DNA of 64,000 bases from an uncultured Deinococcaceae bacterium (GTDB lineage Bacteria; Deinococcota; Deinococci; Deinococcales; Deinococcaceae). The stretch spans positions 26,776 to 90,775 of the forward strand of contig CAXULY010000020.1 of NCBI GenBank assembly GCA_964252075.1, given 5' to 3'. Positions within the stretch are counted from its first letter, which is position 1, and each line of letters starts with the position of its first letter. The notes below the pieces were generated by a model that did not search any database, was not told where the DNA came from, and saw only the letters and a list, made by a program, of their open reading frames with translations. Both the position numbers and the translations under genes were made by a program. Positions 1 through 9,456 of this stretch are shown here, one piece after another.

Positions 1-173
1 TCTGGCGTTTAACGTTAATTTTACGCCAGATGAGTCAACATGAGCGGCGTACGAGCTCAGCGGTCCCGATGATGACCGCGACCCAGTTGGGTCCACAACC
101 GCTCACCCCACCACCCAGCGGACGGGTCTGGCCGATGCGCCGCACCTGACCTTCTCTCCCAAGGAGGGGCTCC

Positions 174-1325
174 ATGCCCACCGGCAAGGCAGAGACCTAC
201 GGCTTCATCGACGCGATGCGCGGGTACGCCATCCTCCTGGTGATTGCGGTGCACGTGTGGCACGTGCCGGGCGCGCTCACGCCCTGGTTCCAGCGGGTGG
301 TGGAGTACGGACAGATGGGCGTGCAGCTCTTCTTCGTGGTGTCCGCACTCACGCTCTGCCTGTCCTACGCGCGCCGCGGAGATGAGCGCCAGCCCGTCGC
401 AAAATTCGCCATCCGGCGGTTCTTCCGCATCGCGCCGCTGTACTACCTCGGCATCCTCATCTACGGGGGCCTCAGCCTCCTGCTGCACGCCCCCACCCTG
501 TCGGCGTACACACCGGTGAACGTCGCGGCGAACGTCCTGTTCCTGCACGGCCTCTTCCCGCCCGCCATCAACACCGTCGTGCCCGGCGGGTGGTCCATCG
601 GCGTGGAGATGCTGTTCTACGCCCTCTTCCCCCTGCTGTTCGTGCTCGCCCACCGGTGGTACGAGCGGTGGGGCGTCCGGGCCCTGTGGGGCTTGACGGG
701 CGCGGCGATCGCGGGGAACTTCGTGGCGCAGACGGCGCTGCACTTGGTGTGGAAGCCCATGGAGAACGTGAGCTTCGCGTACTTCAGCATCATCAACCAG
801 CTGCCGGTGTTCCTCCTCGGCATGACCCTGTACTTCAGCGGGCGGCAGGGCGTGGTGCAACCGCACCGGCGGGGCATGGCCGTGAACGCGGCGGCCTTCG
901 CGCTGCTCACCGCTTTGGGTTTCGTGCTGTGGTCCGTGGGCGGACTGGCGTTCGCGCTGATCCCCACCGTCGCGGGCCTGTCCTTCGTGTTCCTGGTGCG
1001 CCTCGTGCGGGACGTGCCGGCCCTGCGTCCCCGGACCATCCGCCGGATCGGGCAGGTCTCCTACTCGATGTACATCTTCCACTTCATCTTCGCGTCGTAC
1101 CTCGTCAGCGCCATCGCGCAGCGGACGCTGACGTCGGCGAACCCGTACGTCGCCTTCGTCCTGTCGTACCTGGTGGTGGTGGCGTGCACGTTCGGCGTGG
1201 CGCTGCTGAGCGAGCGGCACATCGAACGGCACGGCATCGCCCTCGGCAAACGGCTCATCGACCGCATCAACACGAGGCTCAAGCCAGCCCCAGCGCCGCC
1301 AGCGTTCCCCACCAGCGTCGAATAA
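174..1325 (+). CDS. Acyltransferase-3 (OafA/YrhL-like) membrane O-acyltransferase
   Basis: Motifs IDAMRGYAILLV, GVQLFFVVSA, RRFFRIAPLYY, WSIGVEMLFY and SYSMYIFH; multi-TM; AGGAGG RBS upstream. Confidence 0.9.
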   Translation: MPTGKAETYGFIDAMRGYAILLVIAVHVWHVPGALTPWFQRVVEYGQMGVQLFFVVSALTLCLSYARRGDERQPVAKFAIRRFFRIAPLYYLGILIYGGLSLLLHAPTLSAYTPVNVAANVLFLHGLFPPAINTVVPGGWSIGVEMLFYALFPLLFVLAHRWYERWGVRALWGLTGAAIAGNFVAQTALHLVWKPMENVSFAYFSIINQLPVFLLGMTLYFSGRQGVVQPHRRGMAVNAAAFALLTALGFVLWSVGGLAFALIPTVAGLSFVFLVRLVRDVPALRPRTIRRIGQVSYSMYIFHFIFASYLVSAIAQRTLTSANPYVAFVLSYLVVVACTFGVALLSERHIERHGIALGKRLIDRINTRLKPAPAPPAFPTSVE

Positions 1326-1423
1326 CGCCGGTCCGCGCACGGTCGGGACCCACACTGGGTGCAGTGCGGCCTGCCATCACCGAACAACCCCAGCGTGTCA
1401 CCACAGCAGCGGAGCGGCACCAG

Positions 1424-1788
1424 ATGTTCCGCGCGCTGGTCCAGGAGAAGGGCGGATCGCCGCCCTCGACTGGGCCTCAGGGGTTCACCGCGTCACCATC
1501 CAGAAGCTCATGTCCGGAGATCGGGATCTCCCGGGGGCGGGCGCTGACACCGTTCGGCGCCTGCTCCCAGCATTGGGCCTGACGGGCCCGGAGGCGGTTC
1601 GCCTGCTCGCCATTCCGCCGGAGCGGCGCCACATTTGGGCGCCCGTCGCGCTGCGCCTTGACGAGGGCACAGCAGTGCACCTGGGGCAGCGAGCGGGTGC
1701 CGCTTGCCGAGGCGGTACCTCGCGGTGCGACCGGAAACCATCCCGACTCAGGCGGAGGTGCTTGAGCCGCGGGTGCGCATCGAGGTGA
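1424..1788 (+). pseudogene. Frameshifted XRE-like HTH protein remnant
   Basis: MFRALVQEKGG, then a frameshift near 1455 into AALDWASGVHRVTIQKLMSGDRDL..ADTVRRLLPALGLT, an HTH-like pattern. Confidence 0.4.
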
Positions 1789-2549
1789 ACTGAAGCGCTG
1801 ACGGTGACCCTCCCAAAAGGCTTCTTCACTGCACTGCCGTGAGCACATGCGGCAGGCGTCTGCTCCGCTGAGCGGTGAATCGCCTGGCATCGCATCTCCC
1901 CGTCGCACCGGCTGAACAGGCAACTCCACGACACCCAGGTGGAACTCACCCTGCACGCGGCCCTGACCATCCTCGCACAACGCGTGGAGGACCAGGATCG
2001 GCCTCGGGCGTCGAACCGCATCGAACGCGAGGGCGCCGTCACACGCCTGGTCGCGTCCGTTGAGGCGCTGGCCCGCGAGGATTGACGTCGTCCGTGCCGC
2101 GTCGCGTGTCCAGCACCGCCTGCGCGGGTGCTGGCCGACCGCGCAGGTGCGCATGCACTGCAGGGACCGAGCGAGGTGCGGCACTGCGCTGGAACAACTT
2201 TATTGCGTTGCCAGACTGACTGTTCCAACAGCAGGCGCGCCGCTGCCTCGTCCACGCCTGCGTCCTCAATTTCTGCCTGAACAAGGCCGAGAATGAGCGT
2301 GATGCTCCGCATTCAGTCAGTGAGCCGCGGGGCGGGTTGAGCCGAGACCGTGGTGGACAGCGCCGTCCTTCACCGGGCGCTTGAATGAGGACTCGGTCAA
2401 CGCCCACTCGGGCGGCTGGTCCCGCCTGATTCACGGCACCGTCCAGCAAGGTACACAGCTGGGTTGGGACGTCCTGCTCGTCAAGGCGTTCTGCCCCTGT
2501 CACGTCGTCTTTCTGGGAACCCGTCGTCACCGGCCGCTCGGTGGGCTGC

Positions 2550-3815
2550 TCACGGATCAACGGCCTCGGCGCTTTCCACCCGTGCCACGTCCGCTGAAGT
2601 CAATTGACCGGCCCGCGTTCTGAAGGTGAGGTAAGCCCAGAGGCTGCCCGCGCCGATCAGCACCCCCTGCGCCGCGATGAGCCAGCGCGGACCGACGATG
2701 GCCTGCGTGTGGCCCAGCAGCACATACAGCGCAAGGAACGTCAAACTGGTGAGAACGCCGAACGCGCTCTCGACCCGTCCCTGGTACTCGAGTTGCGTCT
2801 GCTCCTGGGCCGCTGTGCGGTACAGAATCAAGCTGCGGGAGAACAACCCCATCAGGCCCCAGGCGACGGTCGCGCCAGCGAACCCAGGCGCCCATGCGCC
2901 GAGCAGCAGGGTGAGGCTCAGGAGGGCCGGGGCGAGCGTCATCAACGCGCGGGTCGAAAACCGCCTGGTCAGGGCTGGGAGCGCGAAGCCCGCCAGGACG
3001 GCGCCCACCGCCCACGCGCCGTCAATGATTCCCAGGGCACTGGGGGGGAGGTGCAGCGTCTGATGCACGAACGGCACCAGCAGGGCGTTCATGCTTTGTG
3101 CGGTGCTGGCGAGTACCAGGGCCATCACGTACGGGAACGCCAGCTGCGGGTGGCGGCGGAGGTACAGCCAGCCAAGCCTGAGGTCCTGGGCGTAGCGCGA
3201 TGTGGGCGGTGGGCGGCGACCAGGGCCCACGATCTGGACCGTCCACAGTGCGGAGAGCAGAAACGTCAGGGCATTCAGCAGCAAGACGGCGGCGGGATGC
3301 AGCCAGGTCATCAGCAGCCCACTCGACCCGGCCCCGAGCACCATGCCGAGCTGCGTGCCGATCATGCTGGTCGTGTTGGCGCGCAGCAGCTGCGCGGGTG
3401 GCACGATCTCCCGGACCAGGGCGCTTTGCGTCGGTTTGAAGATCGTGTCGCCCAGCGCGGCGAGGAAGCTCGCAAGGTACAGGTGCCACGCTTCGAGGCG
3501 GCCCAGCGTGAAGATGATGGGCACGGCGAGCAGCGCGGCCGCCCGGAACAGATCTATGGCGGCGGCGAGCGTGCGCCGCTCGTACCGGTCGGCCAGCACG
3601 CCGGCGAGCGGCGCGAGCGCGACCCCGGGGAGGTTTGAGCAGATCAGGATGATCGCGCTGGCGGCCGCATTGCCCGTCAGCTCGGTCGCCAGCCAGCTCG
3701 CCGCAATGAACTGCATGCCATTTCCGACGCTCGACACGCTCGACGCGGCGAGGTACAGCAGGTAGTTTCGACCCAGGCAGGCGGGCCAGCCGAACTCACC
3801 GTTCTTCGTCAACAC
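2550..3815 (-). CDS. MFS transporter (H+ antiporter/macrolide-efflux-like)
   Basis: MFS motif A (GVLADRYERR), ~12 hydrophobic helices, GGAGGTG RBS before GTG. Confidence 0.9.
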   Translation of the reverse strand: MLTKNGEFGWPACLGRNYLLYLAASSVSSVGNGMQFIAASWLATELTGNAAASAIILICSNLPGVALAPLAGVLADRYERRTLAAAIDLFRAAALLAVPIIFTLGRLEAWHLYLASFLAALGDTIFKPTQSALVREIVPPAQLLRANTTSMIGTQLGMVLGAGSSGLLMTWLHPAAVLLLNALTFLLSALWTVQIVGPGRRPPPTSRYAQDLRLGWLYLRRHPQLAFPYVMALVLASTAQSMNALLVPFVHQTLHLPPSALGIIDGAWAVGAVLAGFALPALTRRFSTRALMTLAPALLSLTLLLGAWAPGFAGATVAWGLMGLFSRSLILYRTAAQEQTQLEYQGRVESAFGVLTSLTFLALYVLLGHTQAIVGPRWLIAAQGVLIGAGSLWAYLTFRTRAGQLTSADVARVESAEAVDP

Positions 3816-3864
3816 GCGATCACCTCCGCCGTCACGCTAGGGGACGGTCCACGCGCGCCCGCCG

Positions 3865-3891
3865 GATTCAACGAACCGTGAATCGTAGTGT
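3865..3891. promoter_or_regulatory. Operator IR GATTCA-N8-TGAATC plus -10 TAGTGT (leaderless regulator promoter)
   Basis: Perfect IR at 3865-3884 between divergent MFS and regulator; TAGTGT lies 6 nt before GTG 3898. Confidence 0.6.
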
Positions 3892-3897
3892 GGAGGG

Positions 3898-4890
3898 GTG
3901 AGCGTGCACTTTCTCTTGGAGGCGGACGACCTGGGTCGGTTGCGGTTCGCCTTCTCACCCATGTGGGAAACCATCATGAGTCTGCGTGTCCTCCAGGACC
4001 CCGCCCTGGGCGCCCTGCACCTGCCCTGGATCCACGAGACGCGGCGGCAGTTCGCGGCGCGCGCACCAAGCCCGCACCTCACGCTGGTGATGCGCCTGGT
4101 GCACGCCCAGCAGTACATGCCGGACTTTCTGACGCCACCGCCCACCACGCCATTCCCGGAATTCGAGGAAGAACTCGAAGCGGTGCGCACCACGTCCGCG
4201 AACGTGATACGGCGTGAACTGCTCAAAACCTTCCCCAGCGCACCACACCGTCCGGGTCTGGTGCAAGCCCTGATGGACGACCCGGGCGCCCACCTGGACC
4301 CGCTGGTTCAAGCGATCCGTGGATACTGGCAGCAGCACCTGGCCCCGCACTGGCCGCGCATCCGCCTGATGCTTCAGGAGGACGTGACCGTCCGCGGACA
4401 GGTCCTGGCGCTGGGCGGCGCTCCGGCACTCTTCTTGGGCCTCCACGCGAGTCTGACGTACCGGAACCTGGTGCTCACCCGCCAGAGCGAGTCCGAGGAG
4501 ACAGTGCGGGTGGGTGGTCGGGGCCTGGTCCTGGTGCCGAGCCTGTTCAGCTGGTCCCAGGTGCTGGCCGTGCGGGACGCGCCGTGGCAGCCCACCATCA
4601 TCTATCCCGCTCGCGGGGCGGCGAACCTCTGGCGCCCGCCGGTCGATCCCCACCGCGCCCTGGGGCACCTGCTGGGCGCGAGCCGGTCCCGCATCTTCTG
4701 GAGCCTGCAGCGTCCGAGCACCACCCAGGAACTCGCCGCTCGTTTCGGGAGTGCGCCTGGGGGCATCAGTGTGCAGCTCTCGAAATTGCGTTGGGCAGGC
4801 CTGATCGAGGGGCGCCGGGTGGGACGGGCCGTGTACTACATGCTCTCCAGTCGAGGTGAAGCGCTGCTGGCATTGTTCATCCAGGAGTGA
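3898..4890 (+). CDS. ArsR-family regulator with DUF5937-like N-terminal domain
   Basis: LRFAFSPMWE, YMPDFLTPPP, GRGLVLVPSLF, IIYPARG; C-terminal wHTH (STTQELA..RRVGRAVYY). Confidence 0.85.
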   Translation: MSVHFLLEADDLGRLRFAFSPMWETIMSLRVLQDPALGALHLPWIHETRRQFAARAPSPHLTLVMRLVHAQQYMPDFLTPPPTTPFPEFEEELEAVRTTSANVIRRELLKTFPSAPHRPGLVQALMDDPGAHLDPLVQAIRGYWQQHLAPHWPRIRLMLQEDVTVRGQVLALGGAPALFLGLHASLTYRNLVLTRQSESEETVRVGGRGLVLVPSLFSWSQVLAVRDAPWQPTIIYPARGAANLWRPPVDPHRALGHLLGASRSRIFWSLQRPSTTQELAARFGSAPGGISVQLSKLRWAGLIEGRRVGRAVYYMLSSRGEALLALFIQE

Positions 4891-4891
4891 C

Positions 4892-4965
4892 GGCCGCGCG
4901 TCGAGCGCACCTGGGGCGCTGGTCCGTCCCCACGACCGGTGGTGCGCAGTCCACCGCCGGCTCCG
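4892..4965 (+). tRNA. Possible highly degenerate tRNA-Thr(GGT)-like remnant
   Basis: Stem GGGCG/CGTCC with loop CTGGTC; T-stem GGTGG/CCACC; 3' end GCCGGC-T-CCG. Confidence 0.25.
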
Positions 4966-5064
4966 TCTCACAGGACGGTGGGTTCATCGGAAGGTACCAG
5001 GAAACGATGGTGTGCAGGAGATGCGCATTCCCGCCTGGCGCGACCGCGTAGGAGGGCAGCGCAC

Positions 5065-5136
5065 GCCGCCGTGATTCGGCAGCGCGCCATGCTCCGGACG
5101 TGGAGAACGCAGGTCCGACTCCTGCGGGCGGCACCT
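5065..5136 (+). tRNA. Degenerate tRNA-Arg(CCG)-like pseudogene
   Basis: Acceptor GCCGCCG/GGGCGGC (6/7), anticodon stem CCATG/CGTGG with loop CT-CCG-GA, 5-nt variable loop, T-arm GCAGG-TCCGACT-CCTGC, 3' A-CCT; D-arm shortened. Confidence 0.7.
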
Positions 5137-5398
5137 CCCGCTTGGTGGAATCGATCTTGAACCGCCCACGGTCTGCTTCATGCACGCTACAACCCAGCTG
5201 AGTGAGCTTGGAGGCCGCCCCGCACGTTCTGCCGTGCCGGGCGTTTTTGCGGCCCCGACGCGCCGCCCCTGGGTGCACCACCCACGTCCACCGCTGGCCG
5301 CTTCGTTGACCACAGCAGGACCGCCCCGGAGATTCCGCATGTGACCACTGGATTCCGACTCAGCACAGGTATCCTGGATTCACCCCTCAGGAGCGCTT

Positions 5399-6052
5399 GT
5401 GCCGACCCCCGCCCGCATCTTCCTCCTCATCGGCCTGGCCGCGCTCCTCACCACCCTCCTCTGCAGCGTGACGGTGCACGTGCGGGAATCCCGCCACACG
5501 GGCGAGCCCCTCCCACAAAAGACCCTCGCCGAGATCACCGCTGCCCCCCACCTCATGCCACCGTTCCTGCACGTGCAAGACGCCACCGTGGACTTCTCCA
5601 GCACCTGGGTGGACGACCACTTCTGTTACCGCACCCATTGCATCGACACCTTCAACCCGCTCGTTTCACCGGGCGGATCGGACCGCACCCGCGTGGCGGT
5701 GGTGTCCATGATCGAAACGCTGCCCGGCGACGTGAACGAGAAGCGCCACCCCTTCGACCCCCACGACCCCATCGTCGAAGGGCAGGTGCAGCCGACGGGC
5801 CTCTCCGACGATGTGGTGGCGGACATGCGCGCGCACGGCATCCTGGCGGACGACCGCACGGTGGTGCTGCAGCGCTTCGCGTATCACGGCCGCATCCCGG
5901 GGCCCAACGTCGTGGATGAACTGCTTCCGTTCCTGCTCGGCCTCCCGATCACCCTCGTCACGGGCCTGATCGGGCTTCGGCTCATGATCATCGCCCGTCA
6001 GGCACCGGCCTCACGGCCCAAAAAGCGCGCCCGGGCTGGCCGACGGTTCTGA
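5399..6052 (+). CDS. Hypothetical membrane-anchored protein (N- and C-terminal TM)
   Basis: AGGAG RBS, GC3-rich frame, two hydrophobic segments; degenerate paralog at 54720-54938. Confidence 0.75.
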   Translation: MPTPARIFLLIGLAALLTTLLCSVTVHVRESRHTGEPLPQKTLAEITAAPHLMPPFLHVQDATVDFSSTWVDDHFCYRTHCIDTFNPLVSPGGSDRTRVAVVSMIETLPGDVNEKRHPFDPHDPIVEGQVQPTGLSDDVVADMRAHGILADDRTVVLQRFAYHGRIPGPNVVDELLPFLLGLPITLVTGLIGLRLMIIARQAPASRPKKRARAGRRF

Positions 6053-6217
6053 GTCACCCGCCGGAACACGCGACACCGTTGCGTCGCGTGCCGCTTTCAG
6101 GTGAGCGCACGACGCGTTGGCCTTCAGGGCGGACGTCACCTGGGTGGGTGTTCGAAGCTCCGACCCGCCCAGCGCGCCGCCTGATTCAGGATGCCCTCGA
6201 GGCCGCAGAGGAACGGC

Positions 6218-6580
6218 TCACCGCTCTGGCCACACAGCATGTGGATAAAGCCGCCCGTAGCACCCCACTGACCGCCACGAGGATGACGCCGTGCTGCGCC
6301 ACCAGACTGAGCGCCTCCTGACGTGGAGGCGTTCAGCACGCTCGAAACGCTTCCGGGCAGCGAGCATCCATTCGAACGCCCAGACCTGCTCGCTGGTCCT
6401 CACCAAGCCCCCGACATCGGCGCGGAGCGTCTACTCGAACTCGCGCATCGTATCGCCCAGGGCATCCATCCGGGTTTGCCCGGTGCGGTCCACGTCCAAC
6501 ATTTCCAGCCGCCGCGCGATGTCGGTCTGCGCCACCTTCCACGCGCTGACCTGCGCGAGCACGCCATCCAGCGTCACCAT
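6218..6580 (-). pseudogene. Small helical protein gene with in-frame TAG at 6431-6433
   Basis: GGAGG RBS, ATG 6580, MVTLDGVLAQV..TMREFE*TLRADVGG.. continuing in frame; 3' end uncertain. Confidence 0.45.
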
Positions 6581-6881
6581 GGTTCACGCGACCTCCCAAG
6601 GTGTCAAGCCGCAAGCCCACTGCGCTCCTGGAGTTCACAGAGGTTGTGATGAGCCTCGTCCATGTCCACGTACCTCACGCCGCACTGGCGTTTTACTCCA
6701 GCGCGGCGCACATAGTGGAGGCCACCCTGCTTGCGCTCAGGGTCGCCGGACGCCTCCGCCTGTACCTCTGCGCCCCATGATCTGCGGCGCCTCAGGTCGT
6801 TTCCTGACGACTTCAGGTTCGCTTCGAGCCCGAACGCCGTCTCGTACACCTAGGCGGGCATCGGGAACTCACTTCCAAGCC

Positions 6882-7222
6882 TCATGGCGTGCGCCGTCGG
6901 GCCGCACCATCCTGTGTGCCTGATGGCAGCGCCACGGGTAGGAGGACTTCGAGCACCTCCGTCAGGCACGCGCGCAGGATCAGCAGACGTGGCACCTGCG
7001 CGGACAGCAGTGCCACGTCGGGGACGGTTTGCAGGACCAGTTCCAGGTCGCCCAGCAGCACGTCGCCCTCGTCGAGCACCTGCTGCACACCGGCTCGAAG
7101 GCGCGCCGCTCCTGAGGGGTCGGGTAGGTGGGGCGGCGCCGATCCCGCCAGGCGTCAAGGACCGCCGCCCATTCGGTGTGGGCGCCCTCCACAGCCAACT
7201 TCAGCGTGCTCAACGTCACCAT
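6882..7222 (-). pseudogene. Frameshifted hypothetical protein
   Basis: MVTLSTLKLAVEG..AFEP, then frame change near 7090 to QQVLDEGDVLLGDLELVL.. Confidence 0.4.
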
Positions 7223-7298
7223 GGAGCGATGCGTACACCGGCCGGAGCATCCCGCGCCTGTTCGATTCGTTCACGCCAGATCAACACCCGACGGTCTG

Positions 7299-7724
7299 TC
7301 AAGCCGGCTGGTCCATCGCGCGCTGGAGTTCCGCCAGCGCCAGGTCGAGTTGCGCGCGCGCCACCATCAACCTCCGTCGGTGCCGTTCCACGTCCTTGGC
7401 CGTGAGCACCTCACCGGAGCCCACGGGCGTGAGGGCGCCATCGGCCTCATCCACAGCCGACTGGCCGCTCGCCACAGCGCGGCGCACTCCGAGCATGCGG
7501 TGTCCGATCGTCAGCTGAGCGGAGGTCCAGCTGAACTCCCGCAGGAGGTACGTCGTATTCATGTGGTCCGCCGCATTCAGGGCTTCCCTCAACGACTCGC
7601 ATTCGGACCGCAGCGCATCGACGGCACTCACCCACCCACCGTACCGCGCGCCCGTCAGCAACGGCCACCCCGAAACCGACCACTTCTTCCTCGAGCGCAG
7701 GGGCCGCACGCGCCTCGAGCTCAC
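7299..7724 (-). CDS. Hypothetical coiled-coil protein (true start probably ~7631)
   Basis: Protein-like helical composition in the C-terminal ~110 aa. Confidence 0.4.
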   Translation of the reverse strand: MSSRRVRPLRSRKKWSVSGWPLLTGARYGGWVSAVDALRSECESLREALNAADHMNTTYLLREFSWTSAQLTIGHRMLGVRRAVASGQSAVDEADGALTPVGSGEVLTAKDVERHRRRLMVARAQLDLALAELQRAMDQPA

Positions 7725-8000
7725 CGGCTGGGACGGTCGGCCACCCGCCTGCTCCGTCGTTGCTCACGGCCTGTTTCGGCGCGCACCGCCGCCCACCTCA
7801 CGAGAAGGGCAGTGACCTGCCGGATACCGCCCACATGCGTGGGTTTGCCCGCATGACGTTGAAGTCCGACGCAGACGAGGAAGGGCCGGTCGCCGCCCTG
7901 CTATACAACGACAGAAAAGCTGGCTCAGCACCCTGGGGCGCACGGCGGCCGACCTGAAGTGGGCACACGGAGCACGCATTCCGAACCACGCGCCGCGCGA

Positions 8001-9347
8001 TCAGGCGCCGAAGTCCATCTGGGCTGGGCTGCTGGACGCCCAGACCGGGTTGGTCAACGCCCACAGCCTACCGTCGGGACACCGGATTTCCACATTGAGC
8101 CATCCCCCTACCGTCAGGGAGGCAGTGTGCTGACCCGCCGCAGGGATGCCGTGCCCGTGGCGCACACCGTCCACGATGACGTGAAGGCTGCACCCGTCGG
8201 GCAGGCGGCTCCACCGCACGGTCAGCGTCCACCGACCACCCAGTTGGACGCTTCCGAGCGCCGCAGGACCCGCCGGGGTGTGGACGGTCAGGTCCAGGCT
8301 GGCCGCCGACGCCAGGTAGGTGTTTCCAGCCCGCAGTTGGGCGAGCAGGGTGGTGGGGTCGGGTGTGGTGGGCGTACAGGTGAAGCCGTGGCCCGGCGCA
8401 TATTCTGGGCCGTGCGCGTCGGTGCCTGCCGTGGCGATCACCCGGCGGCCCTGCGCGAGCAGGTCGTACCAGTAGGCCAGCGCCTGGACGTTGTGCGGCT
8501 GGTTCCACACGCCGTTCCAGACTTCCAGGTGACTGGCCTGGGCAGGCCGCAGGTCGAAGTAGGTCCAGGCGCAGCCGGTGCACACCGGGTCGCCCGCCGC
8601 GAAGGGGTGCGCGATGGTGAAGAGGCCGCCCTGATCCGTGACCTGCGCCGCCCGCTCATGCGCGCCGCGCAGCGGGTCGAGGCCGGTCCAGTCCTGGTAC
8701 TCCGGCACGCCCAGCACCGTCGCGTGCCCGTAGAAGGTGGTGAGTTCCAGACCCGGGAGGTGCAGCAGGTGCGGCGCCAGCCGGGCCAGCTCGGCACGCC
8801 CGCTGGTCGTGTTGTGGTCGGTCAAGGCCAGGAAGCGCAGACCGCGCGCGGTGGCCGCCTCCGCCAGCTCGCGCACCGTCCAGCGGGCGTCAGAGTGGGT
8901 GCTGTGGCAGTGCAGGTCGCCCAGCATCCAGGGACCGGACGGGGCCGGAGACGGAGGCACGATGGGCTCAGCCCTGGGCGCTTCCGGCAGGCCTTCCAGC
9001 GCTTCCACGACCACCTGCACCTCGGTGACGTCCGCGACCATGTGGGTGTGGACCACCACCGTCCACCCGCCCGGCGCAGGCGCGCCCGGCAGGAAGCCCG
9101 GTGTGGCCCAGGCCGCGCCGATCAGCGCCTCGTGGCGCGTCCCGTGGCGGTGTCCGGCCCCCGCGAAGCCCTGCGGCCCGAACACGCTGAAGTTGATCAT
9201 GCTGCGAACCTCGCCCGCGCCCCACGGTCTGAAGGTGAGGGTCACGCGCAGGGCGCCCACCCCCTCCGGCACGGTGAAGGGCAGGCGCAGGTGCCGTTTG
9301 AAGTCGTTCAGGCCCAGGGGAAGGCGCGCGCGCAGCAGCTCGGTCAT
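8001..9347 (-). CDS. PHP-domain metallohydrolase (CehA/McbA family)
   Basis: GDLHCHSTHSD, ALTDHNT, GLELTTFYGHA, AHP, EVWNG and GTDAH motifs. Confidence 0.9.
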   Translation of the reverse strand: MTELLRARLPLGLNDFKRHLRLPFTVPEGVGALRVTLTFRPWGAGEVRSMINFSVFGPQGFAGAGHRHGTRHEALIGAAWATPGFLPGAPAPGGWTVVVHTHMVADVTEVQVVVEALEGLPEAPRAEPIVPPSPAPSGPWMLGDLHCHSTHSDARWTVRELAEAATARGLRFLALTDHNTTSGRAELARLAPHLLHLPGLELTTFYGHATVLGVPEYQDWTGLDPLRGAHERAAQVTDQGGLFTIAHPFAAGDPVCTGCAWTYFDLRPAQASHLEVWNGVWNQPHNVQALAYWYDLLAQGRRVIATAGTDAHGPEYAPGHGFTCTPTTPDPTTLLAQLRAGNTYLASAASLDLTVHTPAGPAALGSVQLGGRWTLTVRWSRLPDGCSLHVIVDGVRHGHGIPAAGQHTASLTVGGWLNVEIRCPDGRLWALTNPVWASSSPAQMDFGA

Positions 9348-9456
9348 GCGGCTCAGTCTGCGTGCGGCGTGTCACGCACGTGTGCCCGCCGCTGCTGACC
9401 GTGACCTGACCACCCGCGAACACCGGGCAGACGAAGCGGGCCTACCTTGACCGCGT

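Noticed and set aside
1..30. IR TCTGGCGT..ACGCCAGA around TTAACGTTAA as a Deinococcus RDRM site
   Set aside because: Real palindrome, but it does not fit the 17-bp RDRM pattern well and its context is cut by the window edge
57..1355. Long antisense/alternate-frame ORFs (also e.g. 23537-25825, 41512-44184, 45827-48283)
   Set aside because: Shadows of real genes in high-GC DNA; Arg/Gly/His-rich with no motifs
6240..6248. Perfect DnaA box TGTGGATAA
   Set aside because: Single site, no AT-rich unwinding region or rep/dnaA gene nearby
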